From positions 32,608,253 through 32,672,252 of the forward strand of contig NC_068984.1 of assembly GCF_001194135.2 (NCBI RefSeq): a stretch of 64,000 bases of DNA, written 5' to 3'. How positions within the stretch are numbered: the stretch's first letter is position 1; every line of letters begins with the position of its first letter. Below, one piece after another: positions 12,437 through 25,346 of this stretch. A program made the translations under genes and the position numbers. The DNA comes from Octopus bimaculoides (lineage: Eukaryota). A model generated the notes under the pieces. That model saw only the letters and a program-made list of their open reading frames with translations, made no database searches and was not told the origin of the DNA.

Positions 12437-13530
12437 TAGGTGCATTCCAGAAGTTTTGAGGCCCTTTTTAGGGAGAGGCAGTTATATCTGTTCTAGGTTA
12501 TTTTAATTTTAATATATCATTACTAAACATCTAATAAGTTGGTCTGTCAACTTTTTATTCAAGATTAAAAGAGACGGATGTGCCTGTATTTTGAACACAC
12601 CCTATTAAATACTGTTTGTCACTGTTGACTCATTTGCAGTAAGTTGTCAAGACTTGAAGGCAATTGGAAGCTTGCTTTGCAATAAAGTTTTGTGCTAAAC
12701 TGGGCAAAAATGCTACAGAAACATGAAATGCTTCAGACTGCTTACTGATTAACTTATATGAGCCAAGCTTATAGATTAAGTTGCTTTACGTTGGCACAAG
12801 AAGTTCAAGGATGGCAGAGAGGAGCTGAGTGGCAATGAAAGGTGTAGGAGGGAGAGAGATTTCAGAATACTAGAAGTAGTTGAGAAAATTCACAATTTCC
12901 TGGATGCAAACCTTTGTGTGATTATGAAGACAATAAGCACACAGTTTGGAGTTGGTGTGAAAACTGTACACAAAATTATTCATGAAGATCTGAACATGTG
13001 CAAATTTATGTGTGGTATGTTCCCAGAGTGCTTAGTAATTAACAGAAGAGATGTGCTGATGATAGTAGGAAAATTTAATTACTTCCAATCCAAATTTACT
13101 TGGGTCTCTGATAGCCTGAGACAAAAAAGGGATCTACAATTATGATCTAGAGACCAAGAGAAGAGTGCTCCATGCAAGAATCCTGACTTCCCCAGATCCA
13201 AGAAGGCCAAGGTAAAGCAAGTCTACTGGGAAGCTCATGATGTGCCTCATTTTCAACAGCAAGGGCATCATCTACATCTACTGGGTTTCCTCAGGTCAGA
13301 CTGTCAACAAAAAGTACATTGTGGAAGTTTTTAAGGAATTCAAGAAGAGGGTTTCACCGTAAAAAGCCAGAGCTCTTCCACTCAGGTCAGTAGCACCTGC
13401 TCCAGGACAATGCACCAGTCCACAATCCAATCCTGGTGACCAAAAACAGATGGGCATCAAAACTCTCCCTCATCCTCCCTAGAGTCTTGACCTTGCTCCC
13501 TGTGACTTTTGGTTGTTCCTCCAGGCTGAA
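12437..13530 (+). pseudogene. Mariner transposase pseudogene, 3' truncated
   Basis: Decayed frames give AIKFCAKLGKNATET, KTVHKIIHEDLNM, LLQDNAPVH and SLDLAPCDFWLF. A TIR-like start follows TA at 12435-12436. Confidence 0.88.
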
Positions 13531-14127
13531 GTAAGACAACCTGGTTTTGCAAAATTCTCCTGAATACTTTTTTTATTTTTCCTTTGGAACTGTCTTAAGC
13601 CTAAAAATTATACTTTTTTTGTATTAGAATGAAAGCAAGATTAACTTTAACACAGCCATTATGTGAGTTAAAATATCTGGTTGTGCAAGTGTTTCTATTG
13701 TTGCTGTTATTTTCACTAGCTACAAAATTACTTACTTGACAGTTTGGAATATTTTTCTAATTAAAGTACTCATCTATCTTCCTTTTGTTCATTTAGTTTT
13801 TAATTTATTTTTATGCCTTTCTTTGTTTACTCATTTAAATTTTGTCATGTACTGTGTTTGTGCCCGATAGTTGCTCTGAATTTTAAAATGTTGCAAGTGT
13901 AAACTAATAAGATAAAGTTTGCAAAATTAGGCAAATACTTTTTGTTTCTACGTTCAGAAAGGTTTCCTCTGGTAACTGAAAATTTTAGCAAATATTCCAA
14001 AGAATCGCAGCAGGATTTCAGTTTAGGATGTAATGATCCAGATAAGGCCTGCAGAGCATTTTATCTAAAGCTCTAACAAGTCTGCCAAGCCACCAACCTA
14101 TTAATAAACATAACACTATAAATAAAG

Positions 14128-14143
14128 ATAATAATAATGATGA

Positions 14144-14177
<34 letters not shown>

Positions 14178-14246
14178 GGTGGTGGTGGTGGTGATGATGA
14201 GGAGGAGGAGAAGAAGAAGAAGAAGAAGAAGAAGAAGAAGAAGAAG

Positions 14247-14277
<31 letters not shown>
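14128..14277. repeat. Compound trinucleotide array (AAT)(GAT)(GGT)(GAT)(GAG)(GAA)
   Basis: Direct reading. Confidence 0.98.
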
Positions 14278-14280
<3 letters not shown>

Positions 14281-14812
14281 TGGGTGCTAGAGAGAGGTAA
14301 GACATGGTATGAGCACAAACTGCAGGGAGTGACGGAGTCAGAGATTAGCAAAATCCTCTGGGATTTCTTAATCCAAACAAATCAGGTGCGAGAGCATAAC
14401 AGACCAAATCTAGTTTTCATCAACAAGATGCACCACATGTGCCATATAGTTGATATTGTATGTCCATTTGACCCACAAATAGTCAAGAAGGAAGGCAAAA
14501 AAATAAATAATTACAACCCAGCTATGGAAATAGCCAGGTGAAAGTAGGGCCAATTTTTGTTGGGTCCTTGGAGACAGTATCAAAAGGCGTCAAAAGGAAT
14601 TTATAGGAAATTGAAATAGAGTTCTCAGTAGAACTGTTACAAAAGGTTTGCCTCCTTGGCATGGTCAGAATCATCAGGAAAGTATTACATAGTTGAAAAG
14701 AATGGATTAGCATGATACCATAAGCTGCAGGTAGCAATCCTGGTATGCATGCAAGACACCAGGAGTTCCAACAAAACCTGTTATAAAAATAAATAACAAT
14801 AATAATAATAAT
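14278..14812 (+). mobile_element. 5'-truncated R4/Dong-like non-LTR retrotransposon 3' end (restriction-like endonuclease domain) with (AAT)n tail
   Basis: WYEHKLQGVTESEISKILWDFLIQTNQVREHNRPNLVFINK...IVDIVCPFD...KEGKKINNY, then VGPIFVGSLETVSK and LLQKVCLLGMVRIIRKVL*. This matches the R4-clade RLE layout, with the PD motif degraded to PN. Confidence 0.88.
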
Positions 14813-15171
14813 TATGATTTCAAATTTTGACACAAGGCTGGCAATTTCGGGAGAGGGGCTTCATTTACTCTTTTTCTCTTTTTCTTCTTGTAATTGATTT
14901 CCATCCTTGCATATATATGGAGGTAGAGAAGTTAGAAAGGGTAATTTGCCATTTTATGCTTTTTGTTCCTGACACAAAGGGACCTCACTTGCCATCTCCA
15001 CACTAACAGAATGTTCCCTGACATCGTTTGCCAAAACAGATTTTTTATTTACTCTCTTTGGAACAACAGAAACAAAAACAGCAACAAAAACAATTAAATT
15101 TATCCCATACATGGTAAACATATAATTTCGTTTTATGAACTGGGAGCAAGTAGCAATGTATGAACAACTTC

Positions 15172-15551
15172 GTGGAGGTGCAATGGCCCAGTGGTTAGGG
15201 CAGCCGACTCGCAGTCATAGGATCGTGGTTTCGATTTCCAGACCAGACGTTGTGAGTGTTTATTGAGCGAAAACACTTAAAGCTCCACGAGGCTCCAGCA
15301 GGGGATGGTGGCGAACCCTGCTGTACTCTTTCACCACAGTTTTCTCTCACTCTTTCTTCCTGTTTCTGTTGTATCTGTATTTCAAAGGGGTCAGCCTTGT
15401 CACACTGTGTCACGCTGAATATCCCCAAGAACTACGTTAAGGGTACATGTGTCTGTGGAGTGCTCAGCAACTTGCACGTTAATTTCACGAGCAGGCTGTT
15501 TCCGTTGATCGGATGAACTGGAACCTTCGACGTTGTGCCAACAACAACAAC
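15172..15551 (+). mobile_element. Full-length tRNA-derived SINE with (CAA)n tail and 12-bp TSD
   Basis: A-box TGGCCCAGTGG and B-box-like GGTTTCGATTTCC. TSD ATGAACAACTTC at 15160-15171 and 15552-15563. Confidence 0.93.
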
Positions 15552-16489
15552 ATGAACAACTTCATTAATCTTTTCTCAGAATGTCTTCTTCCTTTCCTAT
15601 GAGTTTGCCTCATGTAATACCATAGATCAAATTTGTTAAATATTTTGTTTCATTATTTTTATAATACATAAATAGAATAATTAATACACTATAATTTGGC
15701 AGATAAAGTGAGTTATTTTATTTATGATATATCTATATAGTGGAGTCCTTTTAAAAAAAGTGTAGCAAAAAAATTGCTTGAATTACAACAGGCTTTACAA
15801 TATATAATCACCATTTGCTTATTAGCCAAAATATTAAAATTCAAACAGCTAAAATGAATGAATGTTTATGTAATATCTAAAATAATCTATCTTTTTATGA
15901 TTTTGATCAAGTGATATTATTCCTCTGAAGTTGTTTGGTCTCTATTGAAAATTAACATTTTTCAGAATACGTAATATTAATTCCTAAAATAGGCATAACA
16001 TTAGAAATTTGAGATGATAGAACAGTCAATTATATCAACCCTAGTACTTAACTGGTAGTGATACTATTAAATTTAGAAAGATAAAAGATAAAGATGACCT
16101 TTGGTAGGTTTGAAACTTAAAATGTGAAGAGTCGGAGCAAATACAGGAGAGCCATTTTGTCTGATGTTCTAATGATCCTAGCCATAAAACATAAAAATTG
16201 TTTCAACGAAGAAACTAGCTGGTACCGTCAGCTTCAGTGTGTGATTACTGCATTATTTTGGTGACTCTGAAAGGATAATAATAGAAGTGAACCCATCAGG
16301 ATTTGAACTCAGAATATATAGAATCAGAATAAATGCAGCAAAGCATTTTTTTTTTTCTGATGAACTGACAGTTCTGCCAGCACACCATGAAGGACATACC
16401 AAAAGATTACATTTTGTAGTGAAATGCTCTGTTGAAGATTTACTCATTAGAAGCAAACTTGGAAACATTGACATAGCATTGATAATGGA

Positions 16490-16675
16490 AATTGTGACAG
16501 AGATGCAATCTACCAACTTTCGTAGACAAGGACTTTACAGCTGCATCAAGCAATGGGAGAAGTGTGTCACCATTGATGATAGTTATGTAGAGAAGAAGTA
16601 ATAATTATGCCAAGTTTCATTTATCTCAGTCCTTGGGAAGTGGGTTAGGAGAAATCTTTAATGAACACTCTCATG
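16490..16675 (+). mobile_element. Mariner 3' end fragment
   Basis: EMQSTNFRRQGLYSCIKQWEKCVTIDDSYVEKK* matches the mariner C-terminus, followed by TIR-like GAAATCTTTAATGAACACTCTCATG. Confidence 0.75.
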
Positions 16676-17468
16676 TTATAGCTAGTTAATTCAAAATCAG
16701 GATGACAAGCAGTAAAATAACTAATAATTCTAGAATTCCTTTTACATTTTATGTATACTTTTGCAACAAAGAATTCTTCAAGTTGTTTTGAAATAAGGTG
16801 ACTCTGAGTAGAAATTTTATTATTGATCAAATGCTTGTCCCTCCCAACAAAATCCATGAAATATGAAGAGATAGTCAGTCTCCTCAGACAGAGTCCATTC
16901 TCCATGAAGACAAGGTTCTTTTATATTCATGATCCAAATAATTTTTTCTTTCATATGATTTTTTATACAATACGAATTTACAAGAGGTAAAAATTATACT
17001 TTCATTGAAATAACAAGAGAAAAGTTGTACATATCACTATCAAAATGCAAATGGAGTAAAATAAAATCTGAGAGTGACGTAAAATGATATATTGGAAAAG
17101 AATAGAAATTAAGAATGACAAAAATCTGTGGATTCCAGCAAAAATGTGACAAAAGATCTAATGAAGTTTTGAATTGACAAGATTGGGTGAAGTTTTAAAC
17201 AGGACAAATCATAAAAAAATCTTTGGTATCATGGTTCCAGAAATTTAGGTGGAGTTTTGACACGACAAATTCTGCATGTTGAATTTAATAAGGAATTATT
17301 GACTCTATCTCATGATGTCCTTTTGTAGGTTATTCAATTTTACAGCCTTTCTTTTAGGTAAATACCTGTCAGGTTTCCACAGGAGCTTGGGCAAATGTTC
17401 ACCCAGAGGACAGCATGTTCACAAGCTTGTATACATGCATATGTACACTCACCCACATACATATTTAA

Positions 17469-17522
<54 letters not shown>

Positions 17523-17536
17523 ATATATATATATAA

Positions 17537-17579
<43 letters not shown>

Positions 17580-17649
17580 ACACACATACACTTATACATA
17601 CATACATATACACACACAGATACATAGATATATAGTCATATAGTTATAG

Positions 17650-17950
17650 TCAGCAATATGGTTTGCAGTGGACTTTGTATGGACCGGTATGCAGCATTGA
17701 TACGTCTCAATAATCATGAAATATTGATGTCTGTTGCTCTGAGAAGAGATCTATATGTGAGTTGTCTCACTTGACTATGTCTTGCTTTCTGGTGTTTTTT
17801 CCACCAGGAACATAGAGAATATATTCTCTTACACCTAAAAACCACAGCTGACCCACGAACTAACAACACGCATACCTTGTGTATGCGTGTTGTGCGTGTG
17901 TGTTTGATTTAGTTTATATACCTCGAGCTGCTTCTAATTCATATTTGAAA
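17650..17950 (+). repeat. Interspersed repeat, homologous to the 33044-33725 copies
   Basis: Shared GATGTCTGTTGCTC...TCTCTTACGCC...GAACTAACAACA...GTTTATATACCTC.AGCT.CTTCTA.TTCATATTTGAA. Confidence 0.8.
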
Positions 17951-20900
17951 ATATATATATATACATGTATGTGTGTGAGTGCATGTAAGCATGCATATAT
18001 ATATATAGATACATTCAAACATACATACATACATGCATACATACATATATACATGCAAGCACGCATACATGCATAAATACATACAGACATACATTTATAC
18101 ATACATGTTTGTATTAAGATATGTATGGTAATGTAGCTATTTCTGCATGCTCATAGACATGCAAACATTCTTGTATACTTATGCTATGTATATCACAATT
18201 TCAACATCACTTGCTTTTATTATCATTTTGGTGGTGGTGAAGGTGAATGTTAGGTCAATATTTCCAAGGATTGATTCATGTAAGTTCATTCATATATCAT
18301 GTACATAAGCTAATTTATTTCTGAGTGTCACAGGAATTATTTCCTGTTTATAATGAAATCGCCATATATCAATCCATCCATCCTGATAAATGTATCCATT
18401 TAAAAGTAAGGAATTACATTGCATGTGTCTGTCACGCTGTTACTGTAAATCCTTCTTGAGGAAGACTTCTATCACAATGCATTACAAGCAGCAAGTACTT
18501 TGAAAACACCTAGGTCAGTAAATACACTCACCTGCACACAAAATACATACATATACAAATACACAGGCACGCACATGCACACATACACAACCTCAAATTC
18601 AAACTCTTTTATTTCTTTCTATTATTCTTAATCAAAATCAATAGCATGCTATTGGATATGGCGTGTAGAGGCAAGACTTTGTGTGTATATGCTTATATTT
18701 GTGTTCATATATGTGTGTGCATGTGTGTGTGTGCATGCATGTGTCTATGTGTATGTGTGTGTGTATGCATATGTATATGCTTCTCTCTGTTTAAACACAT
18801 GTACACATAGTACATTAATTATCTCTTTGTGCACATATATTTGGATTTTCCACACACACTCAAGCCTATTTGTTGTGTACTCGCATATATGTGTGTGTGC
18901 GTGTGTGTGTGTGTGTATCTGCCCATGTGTACATTTGTATTTACATTCATATATGTGTTTCTCTATTTATTTTTATAACAAGACTTAAAGGAACCAATGC
19001 TAAGAATTACTGAAATTTTAGAATATAGAATATATTCATATAATTTCCCCTGGCATAAATGACAATCTGTCAACAGACCAAAAAATTCTTCAATGCAGTT
19101 TCATATGAATCAGATTATTCTGAAGTTGAAAATTCTATGAAGAAAATTTATTATCTGGACATTATACCAAAATGTATGTTTGTTTTACATGAAGATAATT
19201 TTAAAATTTGAGACAAAATGATTGCATGGAATTTTATTTAGAACGGCATCTAAGTTCAGCCATTTCATGATAAGTCAGAATTGCACTCTCATTTAAAGGT
19301 CAACTGCAATCATATTATTAACTACAGTTCATCATTTATAAACTTAACAATTTTATAAATATATGTCTAACAAGATTGGATTACACGTTTGTTACAATGA
19401 AATTTAAGCATTTTTCTTCTTTTTGAAGGTATTTAGAAAAAAAAAAAAAATCTTATCTGGTGGCTACAGGTAGTTAACTATTACAGGGGAGACAATCTCT
19501 TCTAGATTAAGTTAATTTGAAGCAGATTTGAAAGTTTGTAATTTATATGAAAGAGTAAAGAATGTGTACTTAGTATAAACATTTAATAGTTTTTTCAGCA
19601 CATTGTGAAGTTCTTAAAGTTTCTAATCATATCATTTTGTATATCTCTATTTGTTTGTGTATTAAACTGCTATTTGGATCAAGCTCACTGGCAAGACAAA
19701 GCCTGCAGCAGTAAAAGATATGAACGAAAAATGGTGAGGTTATATCTTAGGATTTGGGATCACATGACTGACATGATGTGAATGGTCACATCTGATGACA
19801 TCTTGGCAGATATGACGAACCAAAACCAGCATAGTAAATAAATATTAAAATTGTAATTATGTCAATGACAACTATACCAAGTTTAATGTGGCCCACAACT
19901 AAAGCAAAATATTTTCTTTCTGAAATTTTCAATCAATTATAAATTAACATTATTTTGATTACTTTAATTTTAAATCTTGTATTGCTTTGAAAATGTTAGA
20001 AATAAAAAGAGTATACATGAAATTATCTTAGATACTTGAAACTAATGTTAATATGAAGAACTTCTCACTATTACATCACCATTAGCTTTCCATTTGTTTG
20101 TTCCTCTTGTGTTCTCCAGTCAAACTCAGATATACATATGCACTGGTTTAAGAAACAACCATTGCAGTTATAATCAGAAGCATTAAAAGCCATATTGGCA
20201 AAAACATTTCTCGTGTGAGTATCGAAGATGAAGGGACTTGACAAAGTCATCATCAAGACTTTTTCTATTGGCTAAAACTGGTCAATCAGCATGACTCTTC
20301 AAAAACTCTCCTCGATGACTACATTGCTAGAAAGAAGTGGTTTGGTTAGATTACGTCAAAGGGAAGCTAGATTTTGAACTAGCTAGTTGTTCTAATGCCC
20401 AGTGTCATTAACATGTGTACACACTCTCTTTAACCCACCATCTCTTTCCCCCTCTCTCTCTCTCTCTTTCTCTCTCACTCTCTTTTTTTTTTCTTTCTCT
20501 CATTGTAGATTACCTTAAAGTGCATTAGCGCAAGCCTAGAGCAAAAACACAAAAAGCTGAACACAAAAATTTTCTCCTAGGGAAATCAAAAACATAAACA
20601 TTCACAAGTAGAAACATGAAAGAATTAATTTGTAACAAAGAATTTTTACCTTATTTGAACACATTTTTATATTTTTGGTAAAAACTATTTAACTCCTGAT
20701 TGCTATTTCTAGCATTATATTCTTTTGAAATTGTTCTCCACAATTTCATTAAAAAGACTGTTTTTTTTTTTTTTACAGAAAAGAACTTGTGGGTGTATAA
20801 AGAAAGGAACTTTCCCTCCTTGTCTATGTATTTCATTGACCATTTTACTTGAAATTCTCTTTTTAACAAACATTAAAAGAATATAAATTGTTATCTTACA

Positions 20901-21157
20901 AACCTTGATGTCAGCAACCCTTCTTTTGGATTTCATGTGACCCGCTTCATGTGATTTCATGCAATGACTCATCATCTTATAAAATATGAGTGTTAATGTG
21001 AGTGCTTTATGTGGTTCTTTCATCTGCTAATCTCCATCAAATCATCAAAAAAGAGAAAAAAAAAGGACACAGAATATGTAGTTTTGAGTACACTATGCTT
21101 GAATAATATGACGGAATCATTGTGGTTTGACTGTCATTGATTATAGTTTTACTCACT

Positions 21158-21390
21158 CAGAGTTCACACAGACTATTCAAACAAGTTAATATTAAGATCA
21201 TTGAGTGATTACTCACTCAGAGTTATCACTCAATGATCTTTGAAGTCATGTAAATATTTGAGCAGGTTATTAATTTTTTTAATGTTAAGTTCTGGTTTCA
21301 AGTTACTAATTGAAAAGTTATTATATATTTGATGCTTACTACAACAAATACATTAATATTAACTTGTTTGAATAGTCTGTGTGAACTCTG
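21158..21390. repeat. Perfect 38-bp inverted repeat pair enclosing a 16-bp nested hairpin
   Basis: CAGAGTTCACACAGACTATTCAAACAAGTTAATATTAA (21158-21195) and its exact reverse complement (21353-21390). Inner AAGATCATTGAGTGAT/ATCACTCAATGATCTT at 21194-21209 and 21225-21240. Confidence 0.95.
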
Positions 21391-21694
21391 CCATATTTGC
21401 TGTGGTTGGTGTCTGCAAAAGAACTAAAGCGACACCCATATCTCTATACCAATATATATGCTTTTAGTACCTAAGGAATTGATATTGATATCATAAATTT
21501 GAAATAATAATTGCTTATTTATATAAAAAACCACAAGCTGGTAAGAGAGTGGAATGATATTTGAGTAAACACAAGCTGTTCTCAAAAGCCTAAAACTTGT
21601 AAAATGCATAAACAGAGCTTTAACTGAAATCTAAAGTCAGTTTGTAGATTTGTCATACAAAAAAATTTGATCTATATAATTTATTTTATATTAT

Positions 21695-22108
21695 GCGTAG
21701 GAGTGGCTGTGTGGTAAGTAGATTGCTTACCAACCACATGGTTCCGGGTTCAGTCCCATTGTTTGGCACCTTGGGCAAGTGTCTTCTACTATAACCTTGG
21801 GCCGATCAAAGCCTTGTGAGTGGATTTGGTAGACGGAAACTGAAAGAAGCCTGTTGTATATATGTATATATATATATATATATGTATGAGTGTGTATATG
21901 TTTGTGTCTGTGTTTGTCCCCTGAACATTACTTGACAACTGATGCTGGTGTGTTTACGTCCCTGTAACTTAGCAGTTCGGCTAAAGAGACCGATAGAATA
22001 AGTACTAGGCTTACAAAGAATAAGTCCTGGGGTCGATTTACTTGACTAAAGGCAGTGCTCCAGCATGGCCACAGTTAAATGACTGAAACTAGTAAAAGAG
22101 TAAAAGAG
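21695..22108 (+). mobile_element. Full-length tRNA-derived SINE with internal (TA/TG)n and (TAAAAGA)n-type tail
   Basis: A-box-like TGGCTGTGTGG, B-box-like GGTTCAGTCCC, CORE-like CCTTGGGCAAGTG and tail AGTAAAAGAGTAAAAGAG. Confidence 0.9.
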
Positions 22109-23694
22109 CACCAGCTCTTTTATTACTGTTGCTTTCTTGTCTCATAAAGAAGATCAATAGAAACTGTTTGTAACCTTCTCAAAAGCTGCTTCATCTTCGT
22201 GTAGATGAACGATCTCCAGATGCGTGGCTTATCCATGAAAGTCGGCAACCCCGCTTCCACTAAGTCCTTCAACAAAGAGACTATAATGGGAGGCAAGATT
22301 CACGATATCAAATGAATATTGCCTTCTCCCATTAATATTGTTCGTTGTGTTGCTTCAGGTTCTAGCAGGCGAGGGAAGAAGTCTTAAGTGAAAACACAAA
22401 TTCACAACCAGTTTATTTACATCATTACACAGAATAAATGATGTGTGTCACTCTCAGTATACCATCTCTAGCTGTGTACATTTTGTTGTATCTCCGTTAA
22501 CACGGGCCCATTACCTCTGGAGATATGATGTGTGGACAGGACTAGCCTGGAGCCCAGCCAGCGAAGTGTGTTCAGCAAGCATTTGCGGTGAAGAAGAGAT
22601 AGAATCTGTTTGTTGGGCCCTTATATCCAGTTGGCCATCGTGAGCCTCGTTGTGATGTCGTGCATGGCAAATAGATGCAGGTGAGATCTCACTCCAGTCT
22701 CGGAGATGGCAATGGCTGTTATATTCAACAGTGCTTCAGTTAAACTAGCTGTCACTGAAAGGTAGTTGAACACTGAAACTGCTACTTGTGACAAATGAGC
22801 ATTACATACATGGAGATATTTCTCTACTGAACAGTGTTTCTTAAAGACCAGCTTATAAAAGGAAACTGGAATACCAGCTATATGTGAAATGTCCTTCAGA
22901 AAGGAGAAATTTGAATTAGATCAGGATATGGTTAGAATCCTTTTTTGTTTAAAATTTTTTATCATTTAGCCAGGGACCAGCAGCATTCATGACCCTTCTT
23001 TTTCATAGGACCTTCGAAATCAGTAGCAGAAATAATCCTCCATCAAGTGATTTGACCCAAATTAAAGGCAGTAAGTGGTGGTGTTAAACTAGGTGATGGA
23101 ATAAGACTTACCAATATTTATGAAATTAGAATAGAAAGAGTTGAAACAAATATTGATAGATGTCTTGTCTGACGCTCTAATAATTCCACTGATGCACTAC
23201 CTTGAATTTTAGTGAACCCCAAAAGGATGAAAGGTAAAATTAACCTTCATAGGATTTGAATTCAGAATGCAATGAGCTAGAATAAGTACTGTAAGATATT
23301 TTATTCTATTCTCAAATGACTACCAGTTCATTGTTGAACATTATGAGAAGAAGCATCCACATTCTTTATATTCTCTTGACATCATAGATTGGTTATAAAT
23401 ACTTTTTATTCTCACTGTCATGATAGTTTCAGTAAATTTTCTAAAATAAACTTTGAGTTGAGTTAATTTAGTCCCTTGAGATTCCTTTGTGTTCTGATCT
23501 CTTGCTGAGAATTTGATTGGTGTTGGTTTAAACTTAGTTAATTTGACAAAAATTTTGTTCTTATCACTTGATTCAATGTAGTGTTATATTGTTGTAAATG
23601 ATTTATTTCATTTTACGTGGCGTCATGTTGTATGTCTAACATTCAAAGTAGTTTTGATTGATTTGTATATTTGTTTAGTCATTTAATAGACGTG

Positions 23695-23741
<47 letters not shown>

Positions 23742-23889
23742 NNNNNNNNNNNNNNNNNNNNNNNNNNNNNNNNNNNNNNNNNNNNNNNNNNNNNNNNNNN
23801 NNNNNNNNNNNNNNNNNNNNNNNNNNNNNNNNNNNNNNNNNNNNNNNNNNNNNNNNNNNNNNNNNNNNNNNNNNNNNNNNNNNNNNNNN

Positions 23890-23926
<37 letters not shown>

Positions 23927-24428
23927 TATATATATATATATTTCAAAATGTCATTACATTTATTACACGTTCATATAAACATATAGCTAAGAACACACAT
24001 GTACATAACTATACACTCACGAACAACATAATCTTACACTTACATTGATACATAAACACTCATAACCTCACAATTTCTATCTCTATCTATCTAAATTTAT
24101 CTGTGTGTCTGTGTGTATCTGTGTGTGTGTGTCTGTGTGTATCTGTGTGTGTGTGTCTGTGTGTATCTGTGTGTGTCTGTGTGTGTGTGTATCTTTATTT
24201 CTTTCTGTATTTGTTTATCCATCAAAAGAAAATATTGTGTATACTCAACAGATGCAGTCATGCAAGTGATACTGTTGCCAATACCAGGTAATGGGTAATG
24301 GCTATCAGCATTTTTTCTCACTCACAGACATGGTAATATAATCCTGCAAATTTCATAGCACTCCAAAAACACTTGATTTAAAAAAAAATCTACTGTTTTT
24401 GACCCTTTAGCTTATAGATTAGTCAGTC

Positions 24429-24690
24429 AAATGTAATGCTTGTTGTTACCCCACATGCATAAGCGAATGCATGCTATTGTAATCACTCATCTTCGTTTGT
24501 GTGTGTGTGTGCAAAATTACTGGAAAATGGCTGAACGGATTTTTGCCAAATTTAGCAGAAATACTCATTGGGTGAGTAGCTCAAACTCATTATTTTGGTT
24601 TGATTATCTTCAAAACAGGCAAGCGATTCAAACTTATTTTTTTCTTTGTTACACATGCGTAGATGATAAGCAGGGGAAATAACCTCTTGT
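24429..24690 (+). mobile_element. Helentron-associated (HINE/DINE-like) non-autonomous element
   Basis: Starts TTGTTACCCCACATGCATAAGC, has an internal (GT)n and GGCTGAACGGATTTTTGCCAAATTT, and ends CACATGCGTAG...GCAGGGGAAATAACCTCTTGTT. This fits the subterminal-IR layout of HINEs. Confidence 0.5.
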
Positions 24691-25139
24691 TGTCGTTTTG
24701 ATGAAATATGAATTCGTCTAAGAATATATCTATTATATTAAATTCAATTTTATCCTTGTCTGTGCATAGAGTATGCATCACTCCTCCACTGCCTATTTTT
24801 TTCATTTATATTGTCTTCAGTTAATTATGCGTAATTTCATAGCTTAGAGATTTCGATGATTTGATTATTTATTTTTAGAATGACATTTTAGAATAGGTGT
24901 AAGAGGCTGGGACTAGTTGGTTTCAACATAAAACAGAATATTTGGGCTGGATATAGCCAGTTTGAATGCTAAATGGTTAAGGACAGGGAAATCGCTGCAA
25001 TTAATCAAGGGGACTATAAGGAATGATAGAAGATATAGTTGGCTTTCTCTAGGCCTTCCTTGAGAAAATACATGGCAAGGAACAGGCCCCTACACATCAA
25101 AAATGTACACGTTAACCAATAGGGTCAATATATACTTTT

Positions 25140-25320
25140 ATTCTTTTATTTTTACTTATTTCAGTTATTTTGATTGCAGCCATGCTGGCACACCGCCTTA
25201 GGGGTTCTTTAATTGAAGCGACAGATCCCATAACTTGTTCTTTGTAAGCCCAGTCTCTTTTGCTGAACCACAAAGTTACAAGGATGTAAACCTACCAACA
25301 TCGGTTGTCAGGTGTTGGTG
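25140..25320 (-). mobile_element. 3' half of the 21695-family SINE
   Basis: Reverse complement aligns with 21935-22105 (GCAGCCATGCTGG..CACCGCC, TTCTTTGTAAGCC, CATCGGTTGTCA). Confidence 0.8.
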
Positions 25321-25346
25321 AGGAGGATAAACACAGGCACAAAGAC

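Noticed and set aside
15172-15250. tRNA-gene-like heads at 15172, 21695, 37240-37315 and 54010
   Set aside because: Each continues into a SINE body and tail, three with TSDs, so they are SINE promoters rather than tRNA genes.
16645-16905. 86-aa minus-strand ORF in AT-rich DNA
   Set aside because: No recognisable domain or convincing splice sites, and its end overlaps a mariner terminus.
20120-20214. Strong acceptor (TTCTCCAG) and donor (GTGAGT) bracketing 95 bp
   Set aside because: All three frames contain stops. It could only be a non-coding exon, and I have no support for that.
24101-24190. 24-bp tandem units that could suggest a CRISPR-like array
   Set aside because: This is a (TG)-derived minisatellite with no unique spacers, in a eukaryotic context with no cas genes.
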